DNA of 64,000 nucleotides, taken from the NCBI RefSeq assembly GCF_009914755.1, contig NC_060939.1. The stretch is one strand, 5' to 3'. Below are positions 28,039 through 42,695 of this stretch, one piece after another; the first letter of the stretch is position 1; the number at the start of each line of letters is the position of its first letter. The DNA comes from the human T2T-CHM13v2.0 reference genome, Homo sapiens. The notes beneath the pieces were generated by a model. The model worked only from the letters and a program-made list of their open reading frames with translations, was not told the DNA's origin and did no database searches. The position numbers and the translations under genes were made by a program.

Positions 28039-28321
28039 CGGTTATTTTCCATTGTAAATCTATGTTGTATTCAGGATGTTATGCACGAAAATCTCTCTTC
28101 TTATTTTCAAGTCCGTGTTATTGTGTTTCTTTTCTTGGGAGTTATGTTTTCTCAGATCAGTTAAATGTATTTTTATTTTAAAGCTTGATATCATCAGTTG
28201 AAAGATAATTTTTAGCTCGGTACACTTTATCTCAATGTGATGTTTAATATATGTGTGAATTAGCTGTGTTTGTTGCTTATAGATATATCTGTATGTTTTT
28301 CACTTATGTAAGTATGACATC

Positions 28322-31300
28322 TTTTTCCTTGTTTTTTTGTTTTTTTCTTTTCAGTTTCAGATAGGCTTTTTTTTTTTTTAAGAGAATTTTAAAACAGAGT
28401 CGAAAGAAGAGAAATCAGTTATTTGTCCTCTTGCAGGGTGGGGAGACAACTTCCTTCCCCACAGGTTTGAGGCTATGCCTAAGTGGTGAGTCTTGAGGAG
28501 ATGCAGAAAGGATCCATCCCAGGCACTTGGCTGGACTTAAGTAAGCATAGCCTTTAGGCCACAAGACCTGATGGTTTGGGTACTGGTCTGGACATAAGTC
28601 CCCATCTTCCCAGAAATATCATCTTTTGTCTGCAACAACTGGCTGGAGAAATATTTCAGAAAGATGTGTGTCTGGAACACCCAAAGACATACTTTTCCTT
28701 TCTCCTTGGCATAGGCCTTGCAGCACTGAAGAAAGACCAGGTTTGCAATGGAGCCTTCAACAGTCTTCATCCCTATGGAACTCAGGGTCTCATAGGGTGA
28801 CAGGAGAGGAGACAAAGCTAACTTGGGAAGAGTCTCTGTCCTTCAGCTTCTCCCCTACTGAAACACTATATATTGGGCCCACAGTTCATCACAAAACACA
28901 CATGCTCTCTTTCTTTCTCTCACAACCAATCTTGGGAACCCAAAAACTTGATGGCAGGTAGCTCTGGGTATCCTTGGTCTGGCATTCACCCACTGGGAAT
29001 CTAAGCTGTCCTAAAGCTCTTTTCAATCACTTCTCACTGTTTCCAGGCCCATGTGGGTAGGTGTTCCAGGCTTCATTCTTTCAGGCTGATCATAAAGGCA
29101 CAGTGTGGGAAAATCCCCTACTGTGATGGCCATTGCTGGGAAGCAGGAAAGGCTAAGGGCCCACTGCTGCCCAAGGCTAGTATAGATGCCCTCTGCTCCA
29201 CTCATGTCCTCAAAGACTGATATCAGGTGCAGCAGCTGCTGTCTGGAATGTTATCAAACCAGGACTGCACAGGCACTGCATTCTCTGTGTGGAAGACGTA
29301 AGAAGCAGGCGAGTTGTCCAGGATGAGAGTTTTCCTCAGGTCCCTCCCCAGATGGCTGAGGTCATTGACATAGCAGCCCTGGTGGAACAAACGTGACTCA
29401 TGGGCTAGGCAACCCCAGAACACCTCACACTGGTCCAGCACACCCATCACAATGTGTCTGGAATTGGTGGGTTCTTGTTCTCACTGACTTCAAGAATGAA
29501 GCCACAGACCCTCACGGTGAGTGTTACAGTTCTTAAAGGTGGCATGTCTGGAGTTTGTTCCTTCTGACATTCGGATGTGTTGAGAGTTTCTTCCCTCTGG
29601 TGGGCTCGTGGTCTCGCTGGCTCAGGAGTGAAGCTGCAGACGTTCGCGGTGAGTGTTACAGCTCTTAAGGTGGCACATCTGGAGTTGTTCATTCCTCCAG
29701 GTGGGTTCGTGGTCTCGCTGGCTTCAGGAGTGAAGTTGTGGACCTTCACAGTGAGTGTTACAGCTCATAAAGGCATTGTGGACCCAAAGAGTGAGCAGCA
29801 GCAATATTTATTGCAAAGAGCAAAAGAACAAAGCTTCCACAGTGTGGAAGGGGACCCGAGTGGGTTGCCACTGCTGGCTGGGGCAGCCTACTTTTATTCC
29901 CTTATCTGGCCCCACCCACATCTTGCTGATTGTTAGAGCCGAGTGGTCTTTTTTCACAGGGCGCTGATTGGTGTGTTTACAATCCCTGAGCTAGACACAA
30001 AGGTTCTCCACATCCCCACCAGTGTAGCTAGATACAGAGTGTTGATTGGTGCATTCACAAACCCTGAGCTAGACACAGGGTGCTGATTGGCATGTTTACA
30101 AACCTTGAGCTAGATACAGAGTGCCGATTGGTGTATTTACAATCCCTGAGCTAGACACAAAGTTTCTCCACGTCCCTACCAGACTCAGGAGCCCAGCTGG
30201 CTTCACCCAGTGGATCCCCCACAGGGTCTGCAGGTGTAGCTGCCTGCCAGTCTGGCACTGTGCACCCGCACTTCTCAGCCCTTGGGTGGTTGATGGGACT
30301 GGGTGCCGTGGAGCAGGGGGCGGCACTCATCCAGGAGGCTTGGGCACACAGGAGCCCACCGATGGGGGGGAGGCTCAGGCATGGCGGGCTGCAGGACCCA
30401 AGCCCTGCCCTGTGGGATGGCAGCTAAGGCCCAGCGACAAATTGAGCACAGCAGCTGCTGGCCGAGGTGTTAAGCCCCTCACTGCCTGGGGCCGGTGGGG
30501 CCAGCCGGCGGCTCCGAGTGTGGGGTCCGCCGAGCTCGCGCTGGCCTTCAAGCACTGCACGCCGCCCTGGTTCCCACACGCACCTCTCCCTCCACACCTC
30601 GTCGCAAGCTGAGGGAGCCGGCTCCGACCTTGGCCAGCCCAGAAAGGGGCTCCCACAGTGCAGCGACAGGCTGAAGGGCTCCTAAAGTGCCGCCAAAGTT
30701 GGAGCCCAGGCAGAGGAGGCCCGGAGAGTGAGCAAGGGTTGTGAGGACTGCCAGCACGCTGTCACCTCTCAACAGGATCTGCATACTTGTTCAGTCTGGA
30801 ATGAAGAGAGCAATGAAGAAAACACATTTAAACAGTTCCTCCAGTCATCTCAGGAACTCATCCATATAAGGCCTCATGGTCCCCTCAATCTTTACAGTCA
30901 CTAGGCAGTCAGCATTGCTGATTGGCTTAATGGAGCTATGCACAAGGGTTTCATCCATGTCAGTGACCATACAGATCGTTCCTTGATTTTTCTCTGTCAC
31001 CTCTGGGAGCAGGCAGGTCCCTGGGATCTGATAAAACTGATACTGGAGACCCTTGAGCTGATCCGACTTAGCAATGGTGTTGACTCCCTCCTTATGTGTG
31101 GAGAACTCAGTGGGGGAACTTGACTTGCCAACATGCTGGGTGCAAGAACAGCAGAAAGGTACCTTCTAAGATGTCACAAACATGAGGCCTCTTCGGAGAG
31201 CACTTTGGAAACCAGGCCTTGCTTGCTAAGGACCAGGGCATCTTCCCTCCATGCCTGGGTGGTGATGGAGCCTGGTTCCATCTAACAATCCTGAGGGCTC

Positions 31301-31540
31301 GGCTGGCTGGGTGGGAAGACAGCGGGCACGTTGGCTGGAATGGGCTGGGGGGCATGGGCTGGGGCCTGATTCAGTTCCCGAGAGTCTGACTTCCACATCT
31401 GTTCACATACCCCTTCTCCTTTCCATCACAGGCCGGGAAGAGAGGCGGCCTGTAGGGACGGTGGATGGCCTTGGCAGCAGCTCCCCAGGGTGCCCCCAGC
31501 CCCAAATCCCCCAGCAGGAGCTTCAGGATCTTCAGTTTGG
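28322..31540 (-). pseudogene. CTDSP2: Processed CTDSP2 (SCP2 CTD phosphatase) pseudogene, split by LTR12C
   Basis: Intronless on the minus strand. The ATG at 31281 gives MEPGSITTQAWREDALVLSKQGLVSK (CTDSP2: MEHGSIITQARREDALVLTKQGLVSK). The catalytic region reads DMDETLVHSS. After the LTR it reads [45 protein letters not shown] ... SGAEGIYTSLGQ, with the stop near 29153. It carries frameshifts, in-frame stops, a short deletion, and an A-rich end at ~28322-28380. The symbol is that of the parent gene. Confidence 0.93.
29453..30771 (-). mobile_element. Solo LTR12C (ERV9 LTR)
   Basis: The minus strand starts TGAGAGGTGACAGCGTGCTGGC and ends CCACCAATTCCAGACACA. CCAAT-containing repeats lie at 29966, 30044, 30085 and 30126, the last three at 41-bp spacing. 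4-bp TSD acaa/acag. Confidence 0.95.
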
Positions 31541-31571
31541 GTCTAACCTAGGGAATCCACCTCATACTCAT

Positions 31572-34500
31572 GTTTTTTCAAGTTTTATTTTAAGTTCAGT
31601 GGTCCATATGTGATAAGCTTTTTTTTCAACTTTTATTTTAAGTTTAGGGGTCCATGTGCAGGATATGCAGGTCTCTTACATAGATAAACGTGTGCCATTG
31701 TGCTTTACTGCACAGATCATCTCATCACCCAGGTACTAAGCCCAGCATCCGCAGCTATTCTTCCTGCTGCTCTCCTTCCCCTCCCCCATGCCATGAAACA
31801 GGTGTCCAGTGTGTGTTGTTCTTCCTGATGTGTCCATGTGTTCTCATTGATCTGCTTCTGCTAATAAGTTAGAATAATAATAGGTGGTGTTTGGTTTTCT
31901 GTTCCTGCATTAGTTTGCTGGGAGTAATGGCTTCAAATTCCAACCATGTCCCTGCAAAGGACATCATCTCATTACATTTTATGGCTTCATAGTGTTCCAT
32001 GGTGTATGTGTACCACATTTTCTTTATCCAGTATATCATTGATGGGCATGTAGATTGATTACATGACGTTGCTATTGTAAATATTGCTGCAATGAACATA
32101 TGTATACATGTTTATTTAAAATAGATTTATATTCCTTTGGGTGTATGCCCAGTAATAGTATTGCTGGGTCAAATGGTATTTCTGCTTCTAGGTCTTTGAG
32201 GAATCTCCACACTCTCTTCCACAATGCTTGAAATAATTTACAATCCCACCAACAGTGTAAAAGTGTTCCCTTTTCTCCACAACCTCACCAGCATCTGTTT
32301 TTATTTCTTTTTTACTTTTTATTAATAGACATTGTAATTGGTGTGAGATGGTATCTCATTGTTGTTTTGATGTGTATTTATCCAGTTAACAGTGATGTTG
32401 AGCTTTCCATGTTTGTTGGGCACATGTATGTCTTCTTTTGAGATATGTCTGTTCATGTCCTTTGACCACTTTTTAATGGGGTTGTTTGTTTTTCTCTTGT
32501 AAATTTTAAGTCCCTCATAGATTCTGGGTATTAGATATTTGTCAGATGAATAGGTTGCAAAATTTTTCTCCCATTCTCTAGCTTCTCTGCTCTGATGATA
32601 GCTTCTTTGGCTCTGTGGAATCTCTTTAGTTTAATTAGACCCCATTAGTCAATTTTTGCTTTTGTTGCTATTTCTTTTGGTCTTTTTGTCATCAAATCTT
32701 TCCTCATGACTATATCCTGAATGGTATTTTCTAGATTTTTTCTTCTAAGGTTTTTATAGTTTTGGGTTTTACATTCAAGTCTTTAATCCATCTTGAGTCA
32801 ATTTTTGTCTATGGTGTTAGGAAGGGTTCCAGTCTTAATTCTCTGCACATGACTAGCCAGTTATCCTAGCACTATTTATTGAATAGGGAGACTTTTCCCT
32901 AATTCCTTGTTTTTGTTGACTTTGTCAAAGATCAGTTTGTTGTAGGTTTTTGGCTTTATTTCTATGCTCTCTATTTTGTTTCATTTGTCTATGTGTCTGT
33001 TTCTATACCAGTACCATGCTGTTTTTGTTACTGTACTCTTCTAGTACAGTTTGAAGTTAGGCAATGACCCTTTCAGCTTTTTTTTTTTTTTTTCTTAAGG
33101 TTGGCTTGGCTATTTGGGCTCTTTTTTGGTTCCATTTTAATTTTAAAAAGTTTTTTTTTTCTAATTATCTGAAGAATGTCAGTAGTTCAATGGGAACAGC
33201 ATTGAATCTATAAATTACTTAGGGCAATATGCTCATATTCGTGGTACTGATTCTTTCTCTCCGTGAGCATGGAATGTTTCTCCATTTGTTTTGTGTCCAC
33301 TCTGATTCCTCTGAGTAGTTGTTTGTAGTTCTCCTTGAAGATATCCTTCACTTTCCTTCTTAGCTGTATTCCTTGGTATTTTTTTCTCTTTATAGCAAAT
33401 GTGAATGAAAGTTCATTCATGATTTGTCTCCCTGCTTGCCTGTTGCTTGTGTATGGGAATGCTAGCTACTTTTGCAGATTGATTTTATATCCTGAGATTT
33501 TGCTACTGCTGCTTATCACCTTAAGAAGCTTTGGGGCTGAGACGAAGAGGCTTTCTAGATACAGGGTCAGGTCATCTGTAAACAAAGATAATTTGACTTT
33601 CTCTCTTTCTATTTGAATACTGTTTATTTCTTCCTCTGGCCTGATTTTCCTGGACAAGTTTTCCGAATGGGAGTTGTAATGCGAGTGGTGAGAGAGAGCA
33701 TACTTTTCTTGTTCCGGTTTTCAGGGGGAATGTTTCCAGCTTTTGCACATTCAGTATGATATTGGCTGTGGGTTTGTTGTATATGGCTCTTCTTATTTTG
33801 AGGTATGTTTCTTCAGTTCCTAATTTATTGAGAATTTTAAACGTGAAGGAATGTTGAATTTTATTGGGTGCTTTTTCTGCATCTATTGAGGTAATCATGT
33901 GGTTTTTTTATTTAGTTTTCTTTATGTGATGAGTCACATTTGTTGATTTGCATATGTTGAATCAACCTTGCATCCTGGAGACAAAGCCAATTCCATTGTG
34001 GTGGATGCACTTTTTAATGTGCTGCTGGGTTTGGTTTGCCAGTATTTTATTGAGGATGTTTGCACAGTGTTCATCAAAGACATTGGCATGATGTGTTGTT
34101 GTTGTTGTTGTTGTATCTATGTTAGGTTTTGATATCAGGATGATGCTGGCCTGATAGAATGAGTTAGACAGAACTTCTTTGTCTTCAATTTTTTTTGGAT
34201 AGTTTTAGGAGAAAATGTACTATCTCCTCTTTACCTCAAGTCAAATTCAGCTTGCTTGGTAGGCTAGTTCTTACTGCCTCAATTTCAGAACACATTATTG
34301 ATCTATTCAGGGTTCAGTCTTGTAGAGAGTTTATTTTGCAAGGAAATTGTCCATTTCTTCTAGATTTTCTGGTTTATGAGCATAGAGGTGTTTATAGTAT
34401 TCTCTGATCGTTGTTCTTATTTCCATGGGATCAGTGATGATATCTCCCTTATTATTTCTATTTGTGTTTGGTTCTTTCTTTTCTTATTTATTTGCCTAAC

Positions 34501-35070
34501 TAGTGTTCCATCTAGTTTATTAATTTTTTTTTTTTTTTCATAAAAACAGCTCCTGGATTGGTTGAGTTTTTTTTTTTTTTGGAAGAGTTCTCAGTGTCTC
34601 TATCTCCTTCAGCTCTACTCTGATCTTGGCTATTTCTTGTTTTCTGCTAGCTTTCAGGTTTGTTTTCACTTGGTTTTCTTGTTCTTTTAATCAAGATGTT
34701 AGGCTGTTAACTTCAGATCTTTCTAATTTTTTTTTTTTCTTGTGGGAGAGTTTCACTCTGTCACCCAGACTGGAGTACAGTGGCATAATCTCGGCTCACT
34801 GCAACCTCCTCTTCTCGGTTTTAAGTCACTTCTGCTGTCTCAGCCTCCTGAGTAGCTGGGATTACAGATGTGAATCACCACACCTAGCTAATTTTTGTAT
34901 TTTTTTGTAGAGATATGGTTTTGCTGTTGGCCAGGCTGGTCCTGAACACCTGGTCTCAAGTGATCTGCCTACCCCAGCCTCCCAAAGTGCTGGAATTACA
35001 GGCATGAGCCACCATGACTGGCCCTTTCTAGCTTTTTGATGTGGACATTAGTGCTATAAATTTTCCTCTT
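31572..35070 (-). mobile_element. Primate L1 (older L1PA), 3' ~3 kb
   Basis: Poly-T, antisense 3'UTR and a degraded RT region (ORF 33572-33898: [32 protein letters not shown]). Confidence 0.93.
34727..35023 (-). mobile_element. Alu inserted in L1
   Basis: Antisense Alu flanked by ctttcta repeats. Confidence 0.92.
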
Positions 35071-35389
35071 TTCTTGGTTTCTAGTGATTATTTTATTCTA
35101 TCTTGGTGAGTAGTCAGGGAAATAATCTTAAATTTACAATCAACTTATAGTTTAAATCTAAAAAATTATGTGAGAAGAACCCTTTGTTATTTGAAGGGGA
35201 TGTTTGAAGATTTTGTAACCGTGCCTTTTAGGTAGTCCTAAATTTCTAATTGTAGTTAAAAACATGCCATTTTCATTTCTAACATTTTAAGTATATGGTT
35301 TAGAAGTGGTAAGTATAGTTCTATTTTTTTTGCAATAGGTTTTAGATAATTTTTGTCTTACAAAATTAAAAGTGAATACTCATTAATTC

Positions 35390-36599
<1,210 letters not shown>

Positions 36600-39104
36600 T
36601 CTTGGTGCACTGCTGAGACTACAACACTTGGTTTCTTTGAGTTTGACTAAATATTTTACATAGGTGTAATTATACAGTTTTCCTTTTTGACTGTCTTGTT
36701 TTACTTAACAGAATGTTTTCGAGATTTGTCTTTATTGTAGTACTTTTCAAGATTTCCTTATTTTCAAGGCTGAATGCTATCCCAGTGAATATACATGCCC
36801 TGTTTGTTGAATCTACTCATCCTTAAAGGTACATTTGCTTCCAGGTAGTATGTTTGTGAGTAATGCTACAGTGTACATAAATGTGCATATATCTATTCCA
36901 TGTACTGCTTTGCCTGTTTGGGATATTTTTCACACACTGATTTAGTACCATGTGTATTCCCTTGCTTTTGTTGTCTGATCCGTTGATGTTACATCCCCCA
37001 AATTATTGCCGAGACCAATTGTCATGAAGCTTCACCCTTCTGTATTGTGCTAGGAATTTTACAGCTATAGATTTTACATTATAGTCTTCATATTTTAAAA
37101 TTGACACATGTAATTGTACAAATTTTGGGGAAACAATTATGTATATATGTTGTATAGCAATAAAAATCAGAGTACTTAGTGTAATTATTGCCTCATACAT
37201 TTGTTATTTTTGTGGTGAGAACATTCAAAAGCTTCTTCTCTAGCTATTTTTTATATCTTTATGTATTAACTTTTTTTAGAGACAGGATCTTGCTCTAACA
37301 CACAGATTGGAGTGCAGTGGTGCAATCCTAGCTCACTGTAACCTCAAACAATCTTCTAACCTCAGCTTCCCAATTAGCTGAGACTACAGAAACCTGCCTC
37401 CATGCCTGGATAATGTTTTAATTTTTCATAGAGACGGGGTCACACTACGTTGTCCAGGCTCATCTTGAACTTCTGTCTTCAAGTGATTCTCCTACCTCAT
37501 TCTCCCAAAATGTATGGATGGCAGGAATGTGCCACCACAACTGGTCTCTTTTAGCTATTTTGTAATATGAGATAACTTTTCATTAATTATTATTATTCTG
37601 CTGTGTAACAAAAAACAAAAACTTATTTCTCCTATCTAATTGTAACACAATACTTTTGAAGCTGCCTTTTCCCATCTACCTGCTTCAGTCTCTGGTAACC
37701 CCTGTTGTACTCTTTGCTTATATCAACCCTTTTTTTCAGGTTCCTTAAATGAGTGAGATAATAAGATCATAAAGTATTTGTGTTTCTCTATGTGGCTTAT
37801 TTTACTTAACATGGTATGCTCAAGGTTCATCCATGCTCTTTTAACTGACAGAATTTTATCCTTTCTTATAGCTGAATAGTATTTCACTGTGCATATATAG
37901 TACATTTTCCTTATCCATTTATCTGTTACTGTACATTTGAATTGATTCCATATATAAGCTATTATAACTAGTTCTGTAACTAACATGGAAATGCAAATAT
38001 CTTTTTGACACAGTGATATCCTTTCTTTTGTATATACATACAGGAGTAAAATTGCTGGATCATGTAATACATCTATTTTTAATTTCTTTCAGAAACCTCC
38101 ATAGTATTTTCTATAGTGGCCATACTAATTTACAATTCCACCAACAATGTATACATTCACTCATTTTATATCCTCATTAGTACTTGTTTTATTTATTTAT
38201 TTATTTTTATTATAGCCATTCTAAATGGGAGTGAGGCGGTACCTCATTGTGGTTTGGATTTTCATTTCCTTGGTGATTAGTAATGTAGAACATATTTTTA
38301 TGTTCCAGTTAGCCATTTTTGTATCACTTTTTGACAAACATCTATTAAGATCTTTTGCATTTTTTAAATTAGATTATAAATGTATTTTATTTTGAGATTT
38401 TAAAGTTTCTTATTTATTCTGAATATTAGCCTTTTGTCACATGTATATGAGAACATTTTCTGTCATCGCCTAAGCTGTCTCTTCAAACTTTTAGTTGTTT
38501 TTTTAATATGAAAGGTTGCAGTGAACTGAGATCACACCATTGCACTCCACCCTGGGCAACAAGAGCAAAAACCCATCTCAAGATAAAAGAAAGAAAAGAA
38601 AAGAAAGAGCATTGAATCAGTAAACCACTTTCAGTAGTAGTGACATGTTAACAACATTAAGTCTATAACCTCTTGAACAAGAGTGTGTTTGAGAATTTGT
38701 TGTTTAATTTTTACTTATTCTTTGACATGCTAGTGTTTTTAACTTCTTGTTTTATTGTATCATAGTTAGCAATAATTTTGTAATTCCATCTGCTTAAATT
38801 TGCTAAGATTCATTTTTTAACTTAACAGGTGGTCTCTCTGGAATATTGTGGCATGTGTGATTAAAAGTATTGCAGATTCTACTGTTGAGTGGAGAGATAT
38901 AAATGTGACTGTTAGGTCTAATTGTTCTATCGTGTTGTTGAAATCCTCTGTTTACTTATCCATCTTATGTTTGTTTTTTAATTTACATTACTAAAAGTCA
39001 GATATAAAAGTCATTTACTGTTATCAGGTGCTGGCTACTTCATGTTTCAAATCTGTAAAATGTTGCTTCATATGTTTGGGAACTGTGATGTAAGGCACAT
39101 ACGT

Positions 39105-39205
39105 TACTGTTGTTGCTTTTATTGTTGTATGTTGTTTTAATGTTGTTGCTTTTATTGTTGTATGTTGCTTTATTGTTGTTGCTTTTATTGTTGTTGTTTT
39201 TATTG
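39105..39205. repeat. TTG-rich tandem repeat (~33-bp unit)
   Basis: tgttgttgcttttattgttgtatgttg... repeated about 3 times. Confidence 0.8.
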
Positions 39206-41379
39206 TCCTTTTCCTCTTGTCTCTTGAGGAAGTTTTTGATATAATATGTATTTTGTCTACCATGACAGTATTTGATTTTGCATTTAATATTTTTTATTAT
39301 TCTTTCATGTACAGGTTATATGTGTTTCAGATCATAATTTGGTTATTTGTAGGAAGCAGAGAGTTGAATCTTGTTTCATGAATTTATTTAGTGAAAGTAT
39401 GTTTTTGATTGACATAATTGATTTATATAAAAAAATTACTAAAAGGGAATGATTTCATATTGCATTTTGTTTCTTTTTTGTTTTAGGTCCTGCAGCTTTT
39501 TTTTTTTTTTTTTTTTTTTTTGAGACGGAGTCTCTCTCTGTCACCCAGGTTGGAGTGCAGTGGTGAGATCTTGGCTCAAAGTAAGCTCTGCCTCCCGGGT
39601 TCATGCCATTCTCCTGTCTCAGATTCCCCAGCAGCTGGGATTGCAGGAGCCTGCCACCACTCCCGGCTATTTTTCTTTTTTTTTTTTTTTTGGTAGAGAC
39701 GTGGTTTCACCGTGTTAGCCAGGATGGGCTCGATCTACTGACCTCGTTGATCCACCCACCTCGGCCTCCCAAATTGCTAGGATTACAAGCGTGACCCACC
39801 GCCCCTGGCCGGTCCTGTAGCTATTTCGTTCCTGTTTTTCTCTCTTGTTCTCTTTCTTAGTGTACTATTGATTTTTGTAGGGACATGTTTTAATTCTTTT
39901 CTCACTACTCTCTGTGTGTGTATGTCTTTGTGTGTGTGTACTATAGGTATTTCCTTTTTTTTTTTTTTTGACAGGGTCTTGCTCTGTCACCCAGGCTGGA
40001 GTGCAGTGGCACAATCTCTGCTTATTCAAGCTCTGCCTCTCAGGCTCAACTCAAACAATCCTCCCACCACAGCCTTCTGAGTACCTGGGACCACAGATGT
40101 GCACCACTACTCCTGGCTAACAGTTATTATTTTGCATAGAGACAGGGTTTTGCCATGTTGCCCAGACTAGTCTCAAAATCCTAAGAACTGTAGGTATTTT
40201 CTTTGTTGTTACTATAGATATTACCAAGAATAACTACTATTGCATATAAAACCCTGCCTCTTTATGGCTCCCTATGTGTTTTATTGATGTCACAAATTAT
40301 ATCATTTTGTGTTGTGAATCTATTGGCACAGATTTATAGTCATTTTTAAGTCTTTGTTATCTCAAATATATAGCAGAATTAAAGTATTCTGTGCATCTTC
40401 ATTATAATTACAAAGAATATTATGATTGTGTACATAATTTTCTCTATTAGAAAAGGTCATATTTTACATAATTTTGTGTTGCTCTCATCATTATTTCATT
40501 TTTTAATATGAATGACTATTTAGCATTTTTTAAGACAGGCTTAGTGGGTATAAATTTATACAGTTTTTGTTGATCTTGAATATTCTTTATTTTTATTTTT
40601 TAATTCATTTGAAATGATAGTTTTGGCAGACATAGTGTTCTTGGCTGGTACTTGCCATTTTTTCAGCACTTTGAGTATGTCATCCTACAACCTCTTACCT
40701 GTAAGATTTTGCTGAGACATCTGCTGGTCATCCTGCAGGGGTAAACTTGTACATGCTAAGTCACTTTTTTCTTGCTGACTTCAAGATTCTCGGTGTTTTA
40801 ACTTTTGAATCTCTGATTATAATGTGTCTTGTCATGGGTCTCCCTGTGTTGTTACTAGTTAGAGTTGGTAAAGTTTCATTAAATTTTAGGTCATTTTCTC
40901 CCTCAAATTCTGAGTTCTCTGTCACTGTTTGTTTCTTGAAATAACTTTGCTGCTCTCTTTTCTCTTTTTATTTTAGAATTCCCATTATGAGTATATTGGC
41001 CATCTTAATGGTATCCTATAAGTCCCTTAGGCTCTCTTAATTTTTTAAATTATTTTTAGCCTCCTCACCCTATAATTTCAAATGACTTCTTATGAGGCTT
41101 GCTGAATTTTTTCCTGCTAGATCAAACCTGTTGTTGGACCTTCTAGTGAATCTCTAAACTCAGGTATTTTACTTTTCAGCTCTACACTTTGTTTCTATTT
41201 TGCACTTTTAATCACTTCTTTGATAATCTCTTTATCTTCATGCATTGTTTTCTTTTTCTGTTTAGTTTTCTATATTCTTCTTTAGCTGACTGAGCATCTT
41301 TAAGCTAGGTGTTTTAGCCAGGCAGAGTGACACGTGCATGTAACTCCAGCTACTTTGAAAGCTAAGGCAAGAGGGCTAC

Positions 41380-41699
41380 TGTATTAATCCATTATCATGC
41401 TGATAATAAGGACATAAACAAGACTATGTAATTTATCATGAAAAAAGGTTTAATGGCCTCTCAGTTTCACATGGTTAGGGAGGTCTCACCATTATTGGAA
41501 CAAGCAAGAGACTGTTCAGGGGAACCTCCACTTATAAAACCATCAGATCACATGAGACTTATTTGTTATCATGAGAACAGCATGGGAAAATCCCACCCCC
41601 ATGATTCAATTACCTCCCACAGGGTACCTCCCAGGACATATGGGGATTATTACAATTTAAGATGAGATTTGATTGGGGACACAGAGCCAAACCCTATCA
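41380..41699 (-). mobile_element. THE1 MaLR LTR inserted in an AluJ
   Basis: tgtattaatccattatcatgctgataataaggacata ... ggggacacagagccaaaccctatca, with the two Alu halves on either side. Confidence 0.88.
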
Positions 41700-42308
41700 A
41701 TTACTTAAAGCCAGGAGTTTGAGACTACCCCGGGCAATATTGTGAGAAGCTATTGGTAAAAAATATTTTCACATATTACTCAGGCATTGTGGAATGTTCC
41801 TGTAGTCTCAGGAAGTTGGAGGCTGAGGTAAGATTATTCCTTGAGTTCCCCAGGAACTTGAGGCTGCATTGAGCTATAATCATGGTATTGTATTCCTGTC
41901 TGGGTGAGAGAGTAAGACCTCTTTTTAGCATTTCAAATTTATTTTAGATTTAGGAGGTACCTACACAGGTTTTTTACATGGGTATTTTGTATAATGCTGA
42001 GGTTTGAAGTATGAGTAATTCCATCAATCAGGTAGTGAGCATAGTACTAAGTAGACAGTTTTTCAGTTCTTGGTCCCTCCCTCTCTCCACCCTCTAAGAG
42101 TTGTCTATTATTTTTGTTTTTCTGTTCATGTGTACCCAGTGTTAATTTCCATTTATAAGTGAGAATATGCAGTATTTTCATTTTCCATTTCTGCATTAAT
42201 TTGCTTTGTATAATGGCCTTTAGTTGTGTTAACGTTGCTGCAAAGGAGGTTTTTTTTGTTTGTTTTTGCTAAGTAGTATTGCTGTACATGTGACACTTTT
42301 TAAATTCA

Positions 42309-42695
<387 letters not shown>

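Noticed and set aside
28537-28961. ORFs with a short KEKGK stretch reminiscent of FRG2
   Set aside because: The match is only five residues, and the region is better explained as the CTDSP2 retrocopy 3'UTR.
29960-30180. Regularly spaced ~41-bp repeats resembling a CRISPR array
   Set aside because: These are the normal tandem CCAAT/NF-Y repeats of LTR12. There are no unique spacers and no cas genes.
29447-30784. Overlapping 60-163 aa ORFs
   Set aside because: They are chance ORFs in GC-rich LTR12C sequence.
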